Source: an uncultured SAR86 cluster bacterium (GTDB lineage Bacteria; Pseudomonadota; Gammaproteobacteria; Magnimaribacterales; D2472). From it: a stretch of DNA of 64,000 bases. The translations under genes were made by a program, and so were the position numbers. The stretch spans positions 92,864 to 156,863 of the forward strand of contig CACHRR010000002.1 of assembly GCA_902582355.1 (NCBI GenBank), written 5' to 3'. Each line of letters begins with the position of its first letter. Positions within the stretch are counted from its first letter, which is position 1. Under the pieces are notes generated by a model. The model saw only the letters and a list, made by a program, of their open reading frames with translations. It made no database searches and had not been told where the DNA came from. This document shows, one piece after another, positions 38,990 to 48,576 of the stretch.

Positions 38990-39756
38990 TATGCTTCTCC
39001 TTTTACAACAGGCATAAGAAGCATATCTGTTGGAGCTAATTTTTTAGCAATTCGAATTCCATCTCTTATAGGTTTTGTATAACCGCCTGACAACTCTTCC
39101 CATGATCCAGTCTCACTGTCCCACCTTCCACTAGATCTCTCATCTTTTGTCTGATAGAACATTCCAATTCTTCCAATAACAAGGATATTCACAACCGTTC
39201 CATCTTCTAATTTGTCTTCGTAAGTATCAATTTTTCTTCCATACTCTGCCTCGATGTTGTAAGCCTCTAAAACTTGCCTTACTTGCTCCGAGGCAGTTAC
39301 CTTAGGCTTAGATAGAGATGATCTAACCAAATCAATTCTTTCTCTTCTTTCTTCTAATCTAAAGGGTGTATCTAATTTAATAAATGTTTCTAGGGTATCA
39401 AGCATTTTTTGAGCCAAAGGTGGAATTTGTCTTTGCATAACAACAACTTGAACTAGTTGCTCATCTAATTTATCCATAAGATCAAGTTGAGCTTGAATCT
39501 GTATTCTTTTTTGAGCATTGTAAAGTTTTAATCCTTCAACTTGTTTAGAAACAACTTTGTATTCATTAATGATTTTATCTGTTTGTCTTTCAGTTTTATC
39601 TATTTTTTCTTGTGAATTTGCTGACAATAATTGATTCTCTCTACCAATTTCTAAAACACTCTCCATATTTGCTTCAAGGTTAGTTTCATTAGCTACGGCT
39701 ATGAAACTAATGCAAAAAAATGCAGATAAAGATATATTCTTTATTATTTTTATCAT
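38989..39756 (-). CDS. DUF3450-like periplasmic coiled-coil protein (TtpB-like)
   Basis: 255 aa with a signal peptide and a coiled coil. It is the first gene of the TonB cluster, and its stop overlaps the next gene's start by 1 nt. The family call comes from remembered cluster architecture. Confidence 0.65.
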   Translation of the reverse strand: MIKIIKNISLSAFFCISFIAVANETNLEANMESVLEIGRENQLLSANSQEKIDKTERQTDKIINEYKVVSKQVEGLKLYNAQKRIQIQAQLDLMDKLDEQLVQVVVMQRQIPPLAQKMLDTLETFIKLDTPFRLEERRERIDLVRSSLSKPKVTASEQVRQVLEAYNIEAEYGRKIDTYEDKLEDGTVVNILVIGRIGMFYQTKDERSSGRWDSETGSWEELSGGYTKPIRDGIRIAKKLAPTDMLLMPVVKGEA

Positions 39757-39856
39757 TCTGTACTCCCTAGATTCCTTAATGTTAACAGCCTAGAGCAAAT
39801 AAATAAAACAAATTATTGTTATTTAATTACCACTTTTTTATATAAAAAAATACATT

Positions 39857-39879
39857 CTATGTTTTAAAAAATAACATAG
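39857..39879 (-). terminator. Weak AT-rich hairpin spanning the stop codon of the DUF1295 gene
   Basis: CTATGTT-N9-AACATAG is a 7-bp inverted repeat followed on the minus strand by aatgtaTTTTTTT. The stem has very low GC content. Confidence 0.2.
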
Positions 39880-40714
39880 GAGTTTCTTTTTTATATTTTA
39901 TGTACTCCTCATTATCGCCCCATTTAACATCTCCTCTTGCTTCTAACATTCTTACCCCACTTACATAAACTAATAACAAGTAAGTAAAAATTGGAGATAT
40001 CAGAGTTAAATATTGAGTTCCATTCAATGATGAGAATGAAATTAGGGCTATAGCAAACCACAAAATGATTTCACCAAAATAGTTTGGGTGTCTTGATCTT
40101 GACCATAATCCTGATTTTATGAACTTGTTTTTATTTCCTGGGTCTGATCTAAAAACTGTTTTTTGATAGTCAGCTATTACTTCAATCGTAAATCCAACAA
40201 TAAACAAGCATAAACCAATAAAAGTTGGAATATTTAGAACTATACCTGAGGGATTTGATATCGCAGTCAAGGCACACATTGAACATAAAGATACCCATAA
40301 ACCAGATAGTGTCCAGGTCATAAAAAATTGTGAGAAAGATGGTTTAATTGTTCTAAATCTTTTATCTTCACCATCTTTATGTATTCTTAAAAAAAGAAAG
40401 CTACCTAACCTAATTGCCCAAATTGAAATTAATATAGCTAATATGAGGCTTCCAATGCTCATTTCATATTGATTTTTTGACATTGTATAAGTAATCCACA
40501 CCACACTTAAATATGTCATGCTCCCTGTCAAATCATAAAATTTCTCTGTCTGAAATACATAGGCTGGTACAAAAGCAACCCAATGAATTATAAATGCAAG
40601 TAAAATAGCGTTAATCACTATGGAGCTGCCTGTAAAATAAGCAATTCCATAAGCAATAAAAAATGCGCTCAAAGAAATAATTATATTTATTAAAATCTTC
40701 ATAGTTTCATCCAA
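39857..40714 (-). CDS. DUF1295 / steroid-5-alpha-reductase-like membrane protein
   Basis: 285 aa and polytopic. C-terminal SGLWSRSRHPNYFGEI is typical of the DUF1295/ICMT-like fold. Confidence 0.65.
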   Translation of the reverse strand: MDETMKILINIIISLSAFFIAYGIAYFTGSSIVINAILLAFIIHWVAFVPAYVFQTEKFYDLTGSMTYLSVVWITYTMSKNQYEMSIGSLILAILISIWAIRLGSFLFLRIHKDGEDKRFRTIKPSFSQFFMTWTLSGLWVSLCSMCALTAISNPSGIVLNIPTFIGLCLFIVGFTIEVIADYQKTVFRSDPGNKNKFIKSGLWSRSRHPNYFGEIILWFAIALISFSSLNGTQYLTLISPIFTYLLLVYVSGVRMLEARGDVKWGDNEEYIKYKKETPMLFFKT

Positions 40715-40849
40715 TTATTAATTTTTTTTATTTTACTCTGCTAAGAGTAAAAGGAAAAATTTTGACGTACTAATTTTATATGATTGTTCGCTACTAAGAA
40801 CGCAAGACGATACAATAACGACTAAAATATCACAAAAATAAAAATTTAA

Positions 40850-41416
40850 ATGAAAATTTCAACAAATCAGTTTAAAAATGGATCAAAAATAATAATTGAT
40901 AATGCGCCATGCACAATAATAAATCATGAATTTCATAAACCTGGTAAAGGTCAGGCTGTCATGCGAATTAAATATAAAAACTTATTAACTGGTAATACGA
41001 ATGACAAAACATTTAAATCTGGAGAGTCTGTAGAGTCTGCAGATGTAAGTCATAAAGAAATGGAGTTTTTATATCATGCAAGTGATTCATGGCATTTCAT
41101 GGATATACAAACGTATGACCAAATTGAAGTTAATAGCTCTCAAATTGGAGAAGCGAAGAAATGGTTAGTTGGTCAAGAATTGTGCGAGGTAGTTCTATGG
41201 AATGGCCAACCAATATTAGTAAATCCCCCTTTGATTGTTGAACTAAAAATAATTCAATCAGAGCCAGGTGTAAAAGGTGATACAGTTTCTGGAGCAACAA
41301 AAAATGCAAAACTTGAGACTAATGTTGAAATTCAAGTTCCGTTATTTGTTAATGAAAATGAAATTGTTAAAGTAGATACCAGAGATATGACTTATGTTGG
41401 GAGAGCTAAGAGTTGA
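40850..41416 (+). CDS. efp: Elongation factor P
   Basis: 188 aa with a KPGKGQAVMR loop (Lys-type modification site) and the three-domain EF-P length. Confidence 0.9.
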   Translation: MKISTNQFKNGSKIIIDNAPCTIINHEFHKPGKGQAVMRIKYKNLLTGNTNDKTFKSGESVESADVSHKEMEFLYHASDSWHFMDIQTYDQIEVNSSQIGEAKKWLVGQELCEVVLWNGQPILVNPPLIVELKIIQSEPGVKGDTVSGATKNAKLETNVEIQVPLFVNENEIVKVDTRDMTYVGRAKS

Positions 41417-43152
41417 TTGAAATAATTAATAGAGAAATTGAATTATTCTTATCATCTTTGAATGATATTGATGAAGAAATGCTGAAGACTATTTTGCAAA
41501 AGTCTAAGATATCAATTACAGATGATTTGTCTAAAGGTCATTTGACTACAAATGTTTGTATGGTTACTGGGAGTATTTTAAAAAAAAATTCGAATGAATT
41601 AACATCAAGATTAAAAGATCAATTAGAAGGAATAAAATTATTTAAAAAAATTAAAGTAGCTGGACCAGGTTTTATTAATATCACTTTGTTTAGAAAGGAT
41701 TTTATTGCCACTATAGATAAAATTAATTTTGATAAAGGAGATTACGGTGAGTCAATCTTTAATAAAGGAAAAAAAATACAGATTGAGTTCGTATCTGCAA
41801 ATCCAACTGGACCTCTTCATGTTGGGCATGGAAGAGGTGCAGCATATGGAGATGCAGTCGGAAGAATTCTAAAGGCTACTGGATCAAGTGTCGAAAGAGA
41901 ATATTATATAAATGATGCTGGAAGACAAATAGACATTCTAACTGCAAGCGTTATTCTGAAATTAATATCAAAAAATATTAATAATTATTTTCCAACAAAT
42001 GCTTATAAAGGCGACTACATAGAAGAAATATGCAAAAAATTTAAAAAAGAGATTAGTATTAATTTTGACAATGAATCAATTAAAAAAATTAATTATAAAG
42101 ATCCAGAAAAAGAAATTGACCAAGTAATAGCAATCTTAAAAGATTCAAATATAAAGACTTGGGGCATAATTAAAGAGTTTTCTCTTAATGAGATGATATT
42201 ATCAATAAAGAACGATCTTAGAAAATTTAATATAAGTTATGATATATGGTTCAAGGAAACCTCGCTAGGTAGTCTTGATGAAAAGTCATCGCAAATTTCA
42301 AATTCAATCAATATGCTCATAAAGAATGGTTCAGCTTATAAAAAAGATGGGGCAATTTGGCTAAATACAGAAATCAGTAATGATGATAAGCATCGTGTTT
42401 TAATTAGAGATAATGGAAAAGCCACTTATTTTGCCTCAGATGTTGCATATCATAAGAATAAGGTTGACAGAGGTTTTGATAAATTAATAAATATATGGGG
42501 TGCAGATCATCACGGATATATTAAAAGGATAGAAGCCTCAATAGAAAGTTTAGGCTTTAGCAAGGATAAGCTTATTGTAAAGTTAGTTCAATTTGCAAAT
42601 TTATTCAAAAATGGCAAAAAAGTTAAGATGTCAACTAGATCAGGTGACTTTTACAAACTTAAAGATCTAATTGACGAAATTGGTTCAGATGCTGCAAGAT
42701 TTTTTTATTTATCAAAGCAGGCTGATCAACATCTAGATTTTGATATTGATTTAGCAAAATCAAATAGCAAAGAAAATATGTTTTATTACATTCAATACGC
42801 TCATGCAAGAATTGTATCTTTGGAAGAAAATTTTATTAAAAAATATCCAGACTTTGAGAAAAATTTGAAACCAATTCAAGAAAGCACATATGATAAGTTT
42901 GACAAGATTATTCATGAGTTATCAAAATACCCAAGTATTGTAGATAAAGCAGCAAAGTCACTTCAACCACATCTCATAATTTTTTACCTTAAAGATCTGT
43001 CTCATTTGTTTCATAGTTTCTACAACGATAATCATGTTTTATCTGAATCGGACGAGAATGTTCAATCAATTATTCAATGTATGTCTGCTGTAAAACAGGT
43101 CATTTCAAATGGTTTCAATCTGTTAGGCATATCACCATTAAAAAAGATGTAG
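41413..43152 (+). CDS. argS: Arginine--tRNA ligase
   Basis: 579 aa with a TTG start overlapping the efp stop, a class I HIGH motif (SANPTGPLHVGHGRGA) and a C-terminal DALR-type anticodon domain. Confidence 0.9.
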   Translation: MIEIINREIELFLSSLNDIDEEMLKTILQKSKISITDDLSKGHLTTNVCMVTGSILKKNSNELTSRLKDQLEGIKLFKKIKVAGPGFINITLFRKDFIATIDKINFDKGDYGESIFNKGKKIQIEFVSANPTGPLHVGHGRGAAYGDAVGRILKATGSSVEREYYINDAGRQIDILTASVILKLISKNINNYFPTNAYKGDYIEEICKKFKKEISINFDNESIKKINYKDPEKEIDQVIAILKDSNIKTWGIIKEFSLNEMILSIKNDLRKFNISYDIWFKETSLGSLDEKSSQISNSINMLIKNGSAYKKDGAIWLNTEISNDDKHRVLIRDNGKATYFASDVAYHKNKVDRGFDKLINIWGADHHGYIKRIEASIESLGFSKDKLIVKLVQFANLFKNGKKVKMSTRSGDFYKLKDLIDEIGSDAARFFYLSKQADQHLDFDIDLAKSNSKENMFYYIQYAHARIVSLEENFIKKYPDFEKNLKPIQESTYDKFDKIIHELSKYPSIVDKAAKSLQPHLIIFYLKDLSHLFHSFYNDNHVLSESDENVQSIIQCMSAVKQVISNGFNLLGISPLKKM

Positions 43153-43156
43153 TCTC

Positions 43157-43690
43157 ATGAAAGATTTTGCAAATAAAAAGACAAAAAGAATTAAACAGAT
43201 AAATAAAAATCCAATTTTTAGTTCGGGAAGAACAAACAACAGAACTATTTCAATTAGTACAATAATTTTTATTCTTTTAATAAGCTTTGGTTTAGCTAGT
43301 GCCTCAATTTTTCATTTTAAGTCTGATGTTTTTTCAATAAATATTATGGAGCCAAAAAATTCAGTTGTAATTGATTTCCCATCTTCATTAACTGAAGATT
43401 CAGTATTGATAGAGTTTAATGAAAATATTGACTCTCTTACATGTGAGTATTTTGTTCAGATTGGAGCATATGGAAATATAAAATATGCAAATGAAGCATT
43501 AATAATACTTGATAAGGAGATTCAAAATATAACTATTAATGAAGTATTTAGCTCACAAATGCCAGGAAAAAAATTACACAGTGTTATTTCTGGGCCATAT
43601 TTAAACAGATCAGCAGCTAATAATGCAAAGGAAGAAATTACAAGAAAAGGGTTTGACCCCCGTTTAAGAACTTTATGCAAAACAACATAG
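43157..43690 (+). CDS. SPOR-domain membrane protein
   Basis: 177 aa with an N-terminal TM and a C-terminal SPOR-like YFVQIGAYGNIKYANEA...SGPY. An argS-SPOR neighbourhood is common in Gammaproteobacteria. Confidence 0.6.
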   Translation: MKDFANKKTKRIKQINKNPIFSSGRTNNRTISISTIIFILLISFGLASASIFHFKSDVFSINIMEPKNSVVIDFPSSLTEDSVLIEFNENIDSLTCEYFVQIGAYGNIKYANEALIILDKEIQNITINEVFSSQMPGKKLHSVISGPYLNRSAANNAKEEITRKGFDPRLRTLCKTT

Positions 43691-44361
43691 CCGAGAATAT
43701 TAAAAGAATTAAATTTCAAATTAATAATACCTGTAAAGCATGCCATCGAAATGATGATGAAATCAAGTTAATTGCTGTTTCTAAGAAAAAAAGCCCAGAG
43801 CTAATAAAGCTTGCAATTGAAAATGGTATAACAAATTTTGGTGAAAACTATGCACAAGAACTTTTTGAAAAATTTAAAGTTCTTGAATCAAATAATATTA
43901 TCTGGCACTTCATTGGTCCAATTCAATCGAACAAAATAAAATCAATTGCAAAATGTGCAGACTGGATTCATTCGTTAGATAGAGAGAAAATAATTAGGAA
44001 GTTAGATCTGGAGTGCAAAAAAAATAACAAATTAATTAATGGTTGTATTCAAATTAACGTATCAATGGAGGATTCAAAAAGTGGCTGTTTGCCTGAAGAG
44101 ATGTTTGATATAGCTAAATTAATAGAATCAATGAAAAATATTAAATTAAAAGGCATAATGGCTCTCCCAAAATTAACAGATGACAGGTTCGAAAAAGAAT
44201 TATTAATGAAAAAAGTAAAAGATCTTAGCGATAGCCTCGTTAAAAAATATCCTAATGCAGGCTCTATATCTCTTGGAACTACTTCTGACTTTGAAGAAGC
44301 AATAACTCATGGCTCAAATATGTTACGAATTGGTGAATCAATATTTGGGAAAAGACTATGA
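43675..44361 (+). CDS. yggS: PLP-homeostasis protein YggS
   Basis: 228 aa with LIAVSKKKS (PLP Lys), FGENYAQE, WHFIGPIQSNK and LSLGTTSDFEEAI. Confidence 0.8.
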   Translation: MQNNIAENIKRIKFQINNTCKACHRNDDEIKLIAVSKKKSPELIKLAIENGITNFGENYAQELFEKFKVLESNNIIWHFIGPIQSNKIKSIAKCADWIHSLDREKIIRKLDLECKKNNKLINGCIQINVSMEDSKSGCLPEEMFDIAKLIESMKNIKLKGIMALPKLTDDRFEKELLMKKVKDLSDSLVKKYPNAGSISLGTTSDFEEAITHGSNMLRIGESIFGKRL

Positions 44362-45149
44362 AAAATATTGCTTTTTATGGTGCTGGCAACATATCCATTT
44401 CAATTATTAAAGGATTAATGCAATCCGGATTTAACTGTAAAAATATTTTTTATGTCGATAGAAATATAAAAAATCAAGCCAATTTAAAGAAACTTAAAAC
44501 TAGGAATTTAAAGAGTAATCTAAATAAAGAAATTGATTTATTTATACTTGCAGTTAAACCAAAAGATGCAATAGAAGCTTATAAGGAAATCCTAAAAAAT
44601 TATAAAAAGCCAAAAATTGTAAGTCTGGTTGCTGGAATAAAATCAAAAAAATATATCAAAATAAATAATAGCGTTGAATTTTTGAGAGCAATGCCAAATA
44701 CCTCATCCGCCTCGTGTAATGGAATAACAGCAATATATAACTCGAGTTTTAAAAAAAATAATCTTAAAAAAGTAATAAGTTTATTCAGCAAGATTGGTTT
44801 AGTTTTAAATTTTGACAATGAATTAAAGATTGATTCTTTTACTGGTATGATCGGCAGTGGACCTGCATATTTTTTCTATCTTTTAAAATCTTATGAAAAG
44901 AAGTTAAATCATATTTGTAATGGAGACAAAAAATTAATTAAAAAAATTATTGTTAATCTTTTACAGGGTGTTGCTATCTCAGTTGAGACAAATATTGGTT
45001 TAAATGATTTAATTAAACAAGTTGCTTCAAAAAAAGGTACAACTGAGGCAGGTCTAAATACATTTAAAAAAAATAAACTTAACAAATTGTTTGAAGAAGG
45101 TATAGAGTCTGCAATAAAAAGATCAAAGGAAATATCAAGTGAGCACTGA
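44358..45149 (+). CDS. proC: Pyrroline-5-carboxylate reductase
   Basis: 263 aa with an N-terminal IAFYGAGNISISIIKGL Rossmann motif, MPNTSS and GSGPAYFFY. Confidence 0.8.
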   Translation: MKNIAFYGAGNISISIIKGLMQSGFNCKNIFYVDRNIKNQANLKKLKTRNLKSNLNKEIDLFILAVKPKDAIEAYKEILKNYKKPKIVSLVAGIKSKKYIKINNSVEFLRAMPNTSSASCNGITAIYNSSFKKNNLKKVISLFSKIGLVLNFDNELKIDSFTGMIGSGPAYFFYLLKSYEKKLNHICNGDKKLIKKIIVNLLQGVAISVETNIGLNDLIKQVASKKGTTEAGLNTFKKNKLNKLFEEGIESAIKRSKEISSEH

Positions 45150-45663
45150 TATGCAAATTATTGGTTTATTATTTAGTTTAGTAAACTACTTTTTTGTATT
45201 TTTACTTTTGTTTAATCTTTTAAAAGTTGATTACTTTAATCCAATAGTTTCAATCTTATTGAAAATTTATACTCCAATATCAAGAGTTCTTGGGTTATTC
45301 CCAAATCAGATAATAAATATAATTATCTTTGCTGTTATTTTCAAATTCATATCTTTATACATCTACTTTGGAACACAGTTTGAAATAATTTCTCTCATTG
45401 GAGTGGCCATTATTCAATCTATAATGATATTTCTAAGAATAATCTTTTTTGCAGTAATAGGTGGTGTTATTTTAAGTTGGGTGTCACCAAAAAATTCCAA
45501 TCCTTTCCTTCAGTTAATTGAAGAAGTCTCTGATAAATCATTGGCACCAATAAGAAAATATATTCCATCTGCTGGAGGTTTAGATTTCTCTCCTTTATTC
45601 ATATTAATATTAATTAATTTATTTGAGAGCTTTTTAACAGATATTCTAAGGTCAATGGTATGA
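45139..45663 (+). CDS. yggT: YggT-family membrane protein
   Basis: 174 aa with four TM helices. The yggS-proC-yggT order is as in pseudomonads. Confidence 0.7.
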   Translation: MSTDMQIIGLLFSLVNYFFVFLLLFNLLKVDYFNPIVSILLKIYTPISRVLGLFPNQIINIIIFAVIFKFISLYIYFGTQFEIISLIGVAIIQSIMIFLRIIFFAVIGGVILSWVSPKNSNPFLQLIEEVSDKSLAPIRKYIPSAGGLDFSPLFILILINLFESFLTDILRSMV

Positions 45664-46745
45664 AAATAAGAACTGAGCTGATTCATTTTTCTGAAGCTTT
45701 ACAATTAGAATGTGGAGAAACTCTTGATTCATTTGATTTGATGATTGAATCATATGGAGAGCTTAATGAATCGAAATCGAATGCAATTCTTGTATGTCAT
45801 GCATTTTCTGGAAATCATCATGTAGCCGGAGAAAATAAGGAATTAGGTATTGGTTGGTGGGATCAAATCGTTGGTCCAAAAAAAGCAATTGATACTGACA
45901 AATATTATGTAGTATGTTGCAACAATCTTGGAGGATGTGCTGGGTCATCTGGACCAACATCAATCAATAAAAAAACCGGTAAAGTGTTTGGCAAAGATTT
46001 TCCTCAAGTGAGTGTAAGTGACTGGGTGAACTCTCAAAAAATATTAATGGATAAATTAGAAATATCGTCATGGCATTTTGTTGTTGGAGGAAGTCTGGGT
46101 GGAATGCAGGCTTTACAATGGTCAATTGCATATCCTAATCACATCAAAAAAGCAGGTATATTTGCAGCAGCTGCAAAATCTTCTACACAAAATATAGCGA
46201 TGAATGAAGTAGCCAGAGAATCTATCAGAAAAGATAAAAATTTTTATGATGGTGATTATTATGATAAAAATGTAACACCTAAAAGCGGTCTAAAAACTGC
46301 AAGAATGCTAGGTCATATAACATATTTATCAGAGGAACTAATGGACTCCAGATTCGGAAGAAAATTTCAAGATGAAGATTCAAAAGTTGATGAAGATGTT
46401 AATTTTGAAGTGGAGAATTATCTTCAATACAAAGGAAGCAAATTTTCTGAGCTATTTGATGCAAACACATACATTCTTATGACAAAGGCAATGGATGAAT
46501 ATGATGCTGGTAATTCAAAGGGGCTTGATCAGGCGCTAAGGAACATAAAGTCTGAGCTACTAATAATCGGATTCTATTCAGATTGGCTTTATCCATATCA
46601 GAGGGGCAAAGAAATTCAAATTGCAGCAATGAATAATAATATCAAGTCATCATTTTTAGTATTTAATGGTGAGAATGGTCACGATAGCTTTTTATTTTCC
46701 TCCAAAGAATACTCCAATGCAATTGAAAAATTTATTGAATCATAA
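45660..46745 (+). CDS. metX: Homoserine O-acyltransferase MetX
   Basis: 361 aa alpha/beta hydrolase with LVCHAFSGNHH and nucleophile GGSLGGMQAL. It is followed by metW. Confidence 0.85.
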   Translation: MKIRTELIHFSEALQLECGETLDSFDLMIESYGELNESKSNAILVCHAFSGNHHVAGENKELGIGWWDQIVGPKKAIDTDKYYVVCCNNLGGCAGSSGPTSINKKTGKVFGKDFPQVSVSDWVNSQKILMDKLEISSWHFVVGGSLGGMQALQWSIAYPNHIKKAGIFAAAAKSSTQNIAMNEVARESIRKDKNFYDGDYYDKNVTPKSGLKTARMLGHITYLSEELMDSRFGRKFQDEDSKVDEDVNFEVENYLQYKGSKFSELFDANTYILMTKAMDEYDAGNSKGLDQALRNIKSELLIIGFYSDWLYPYQRGKEIQIAAMNNNIKSSFLVFNGENGHDSFLFSSKEYSNAIEKFIES

Positions 46746-47335
46746 TGTCTACGAAACTAACTAAAATCATTAATCATTGGGTACCAAAAAATAGTAAGGT
46801 AATTGATTTTGGATGTGGTGAAGGTTCTTTGTTAAGCGAACTTATTGAAACCAAGGATGTTCTTGGTTATGGGGTTGAAATAAGTGATTCTAAGATCGAA
46901 AAATGTATTGAAAAAGGAGTTCCAGTTATAAAGCATAATATTGATTCTGGAATTGATCAATTTATGCAATCTGGTTTTGATTTATCAATTATGGCTCGTT
47001 CAATTCAATGTCTTAAAGATCCTAAATTGGCACTCAATAATATGCTTCAAATATCAAAAAGATGCGTAGTTACCCTTCCAAATTTGGGCTATTGGAGTTG
47101 TAGAATTAATCTAGCATTTGGAAAAATGCCAGTAACACCGGAGCTACCTTCAAGCTGGTATGAAACAGAAAATATTCATTTATGTACTATAAGAGATTTT
47201 GAAAATCTTTGTAGCAATGAAAATATTTATATAAAAGATAGAATTTATTTGAATAAAAATGGTAGACAGGGAAATCTTGCATCATTAAGTCCAAATTTTC
47301 TTGCTGTTGAAGGAGTATATTTACTTGAGAAATAG
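46745..47335 (+). CDS. metW: Methionine biosynthesis protein MetW
   Basis: 196 aa with the SAM-MTase-like VIDFGCGEGSLL. It overlaps the metX stop by 1 nt (TAATG). Confidence 0.8.
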   Translation: MSTKLTKIINHWVPKNSKVIDFGCGEGSLLSELIETKDVLGYGVEISDSKIEKCIEKGVPVIKHNIDSGIDQFMQSGFDLSIMARSIQCLKDPKLALNNMLQISKRCVVTLPNLGYWSCRINLAFGKMPVTPELPSSWYETENIHLCTIRDFENLCSNENIYIKDRIYLNKNGRQGNLASLSPNFLAVEGVYLLEK

Positions 47336-47918
47336 TGATGAATTTTTAATTGCTACTTCAAATAAAGGTAAATTAAAAGAATTTAAAAAGTTATTTAATA
47401 ATTATAGGCTATTTTCTTTGGATGATTTTTCGATCAAAGATCCTGTTGAAGATGGAGATTCTTTCTTTGAAAATGCTCTAATAAAGGCAAGGCATGGTGT
47501 ACACTTTTCAAAAAAATTTACTATTGCTGATGATTCTGGATTAGTTATACCTGACTTGAATTTTGAACCTGGAATTTTTTCAGCAAGATATGCAGGGAAA
47601 AATGCTACTGACAAAAATAATAGAGACAAAGTTATAAGCAAAATCTTAGAGAAAAATAAAAAAGAACTTGACGCATATTATGTTTGTATTCTTGTTGGCC
47701 TAAGATATGAAAATGATACATTACCAATTATTTGTGAAGGAAAATTACATGGGAAAATATCTATAAATAGTAGTGGTGATGGTGGCTTTGGATACGATAA
47801 AATTTTTTACCCAGATGGTTTTTCGTCTTCAATGGCCTCATTAGATGATGAAACAAAAAACATTATAAGTCATAGAGCTATCGCTTCTTTAAAGTTTATA
47901 AAAGCTCTTCAGAGTTAA
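47325..47918 (+). CDS. rdgB: dITP/XTP pyrophosphatase (RdgB/HAM1)
   Basis: IATSNKGKLKEF, DDSGL and GFGYD. The TTG at 47325 has GAAGGAG upstream and is preferred over the track TTG at 47301. Confidence 0.8.
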   Translation: MRNSDEFLIATSNKGKLKEFKKLFNNYRLFSLDDFSIKDPVEDGDSFFENALIKARHGVHFSKKFTIADDSGLVIPDLNFEPGIFSARYAGKNATDKNNRDKVISKILEKNKKELDAYYVCILVGLRYENDTLPIICEGKLHGKISINSSGDGGFGYDKIFYPDGFSSSMASLDDETKNIISHRAIASLKFIKALQS

Positions 47919-48561
47919 GATTTTTTTCATAGGTAAACTCAAAAATTTTCCTACCTTCATTTATAGCCCTTTTTTCAAATTTTGTTAGCTCAATCTTATT
48001 TATAAGATTTTTATTTGATTTATTAAAAAAATCTATCTTATTAAATGCACAAGATATCTGGTGCGCATAGTTTTCCCAATCTGTAGATATATATAGTTGT
48101 GCCTTATCTTTCATGAACTTATGAATCATATTTAAGAAAAATTCGTCAATCAATCTTCTTTTACGATGCCTATCTTTTGGCCATGGATCTGGACATATAA
48201 TTTTAATGCCATTGAAAATTATTTTTTCTTCCTGGTCGAAAAGCAACCTTATATCTTCAGGAAAAATTCTAATATTTTGAATTTGCTTTTCTTTTATATT
48301 TGAAATTAAAGTACCAATACCGGACAAATATACCTCTGATCCAATAAATAAAATACTTGGGTTATTGATTGCTTCATATATAAGATTTTCTGCATTTCCA
48401 AATCCGATTTCTAAATTACACATTTTGTATTTTTTAGATTCAGAATAAATTTCATCTATTTTAGATACAGAATAGTTTGGCAAAAGTTTCAAGCTAGATT
48501 CTTGTTTTTTAGTTATACGACCTCTTCTTTTTACAAAAGAGGGAAGAAACTTTAATTGCAT
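47896..48561 (-). CDS. trmB: tRNA (guanine46-N7)-methyltransferase
   Basis: 221 aa with LEIGFGNAE, CPDPWPKDRHRKRR and TDWENYA. Confidence 0.8.
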   Translation of the reverse strand: MQLKFLPSFVKRRGRITKKQESSLKLLPNYSVSKIDEIYSESKKYKMCNLEIGFGNAENLIYEAINNPSILFIGSEVYLSGIGTLISNIKEKQIQNIRIFPEDIRLLFDQEEKIIFNGIKIICPDPWPKDRHRKRRLIDEFFLNMIHKFMKDKAQLYISTDWENYAHQISCAFNKIDFFNKSNKNLINKIELTKFEKRAINEGRKIFEFTYEKNLNSEELL

Positions 48562-48576
48562 TATTGCTTAATAAGA

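Noticed and set aside
39805-39823. Fur-box-like AT-rich 19-mer upstream of the TonB cluster (minus strand AATAACAATAATTTGTTTT).
   Set aside because: It matches only about 11 of 19 positions of GATAATGATAATCATTATC, which is not distinguishable from background in DNA this AT-rich.
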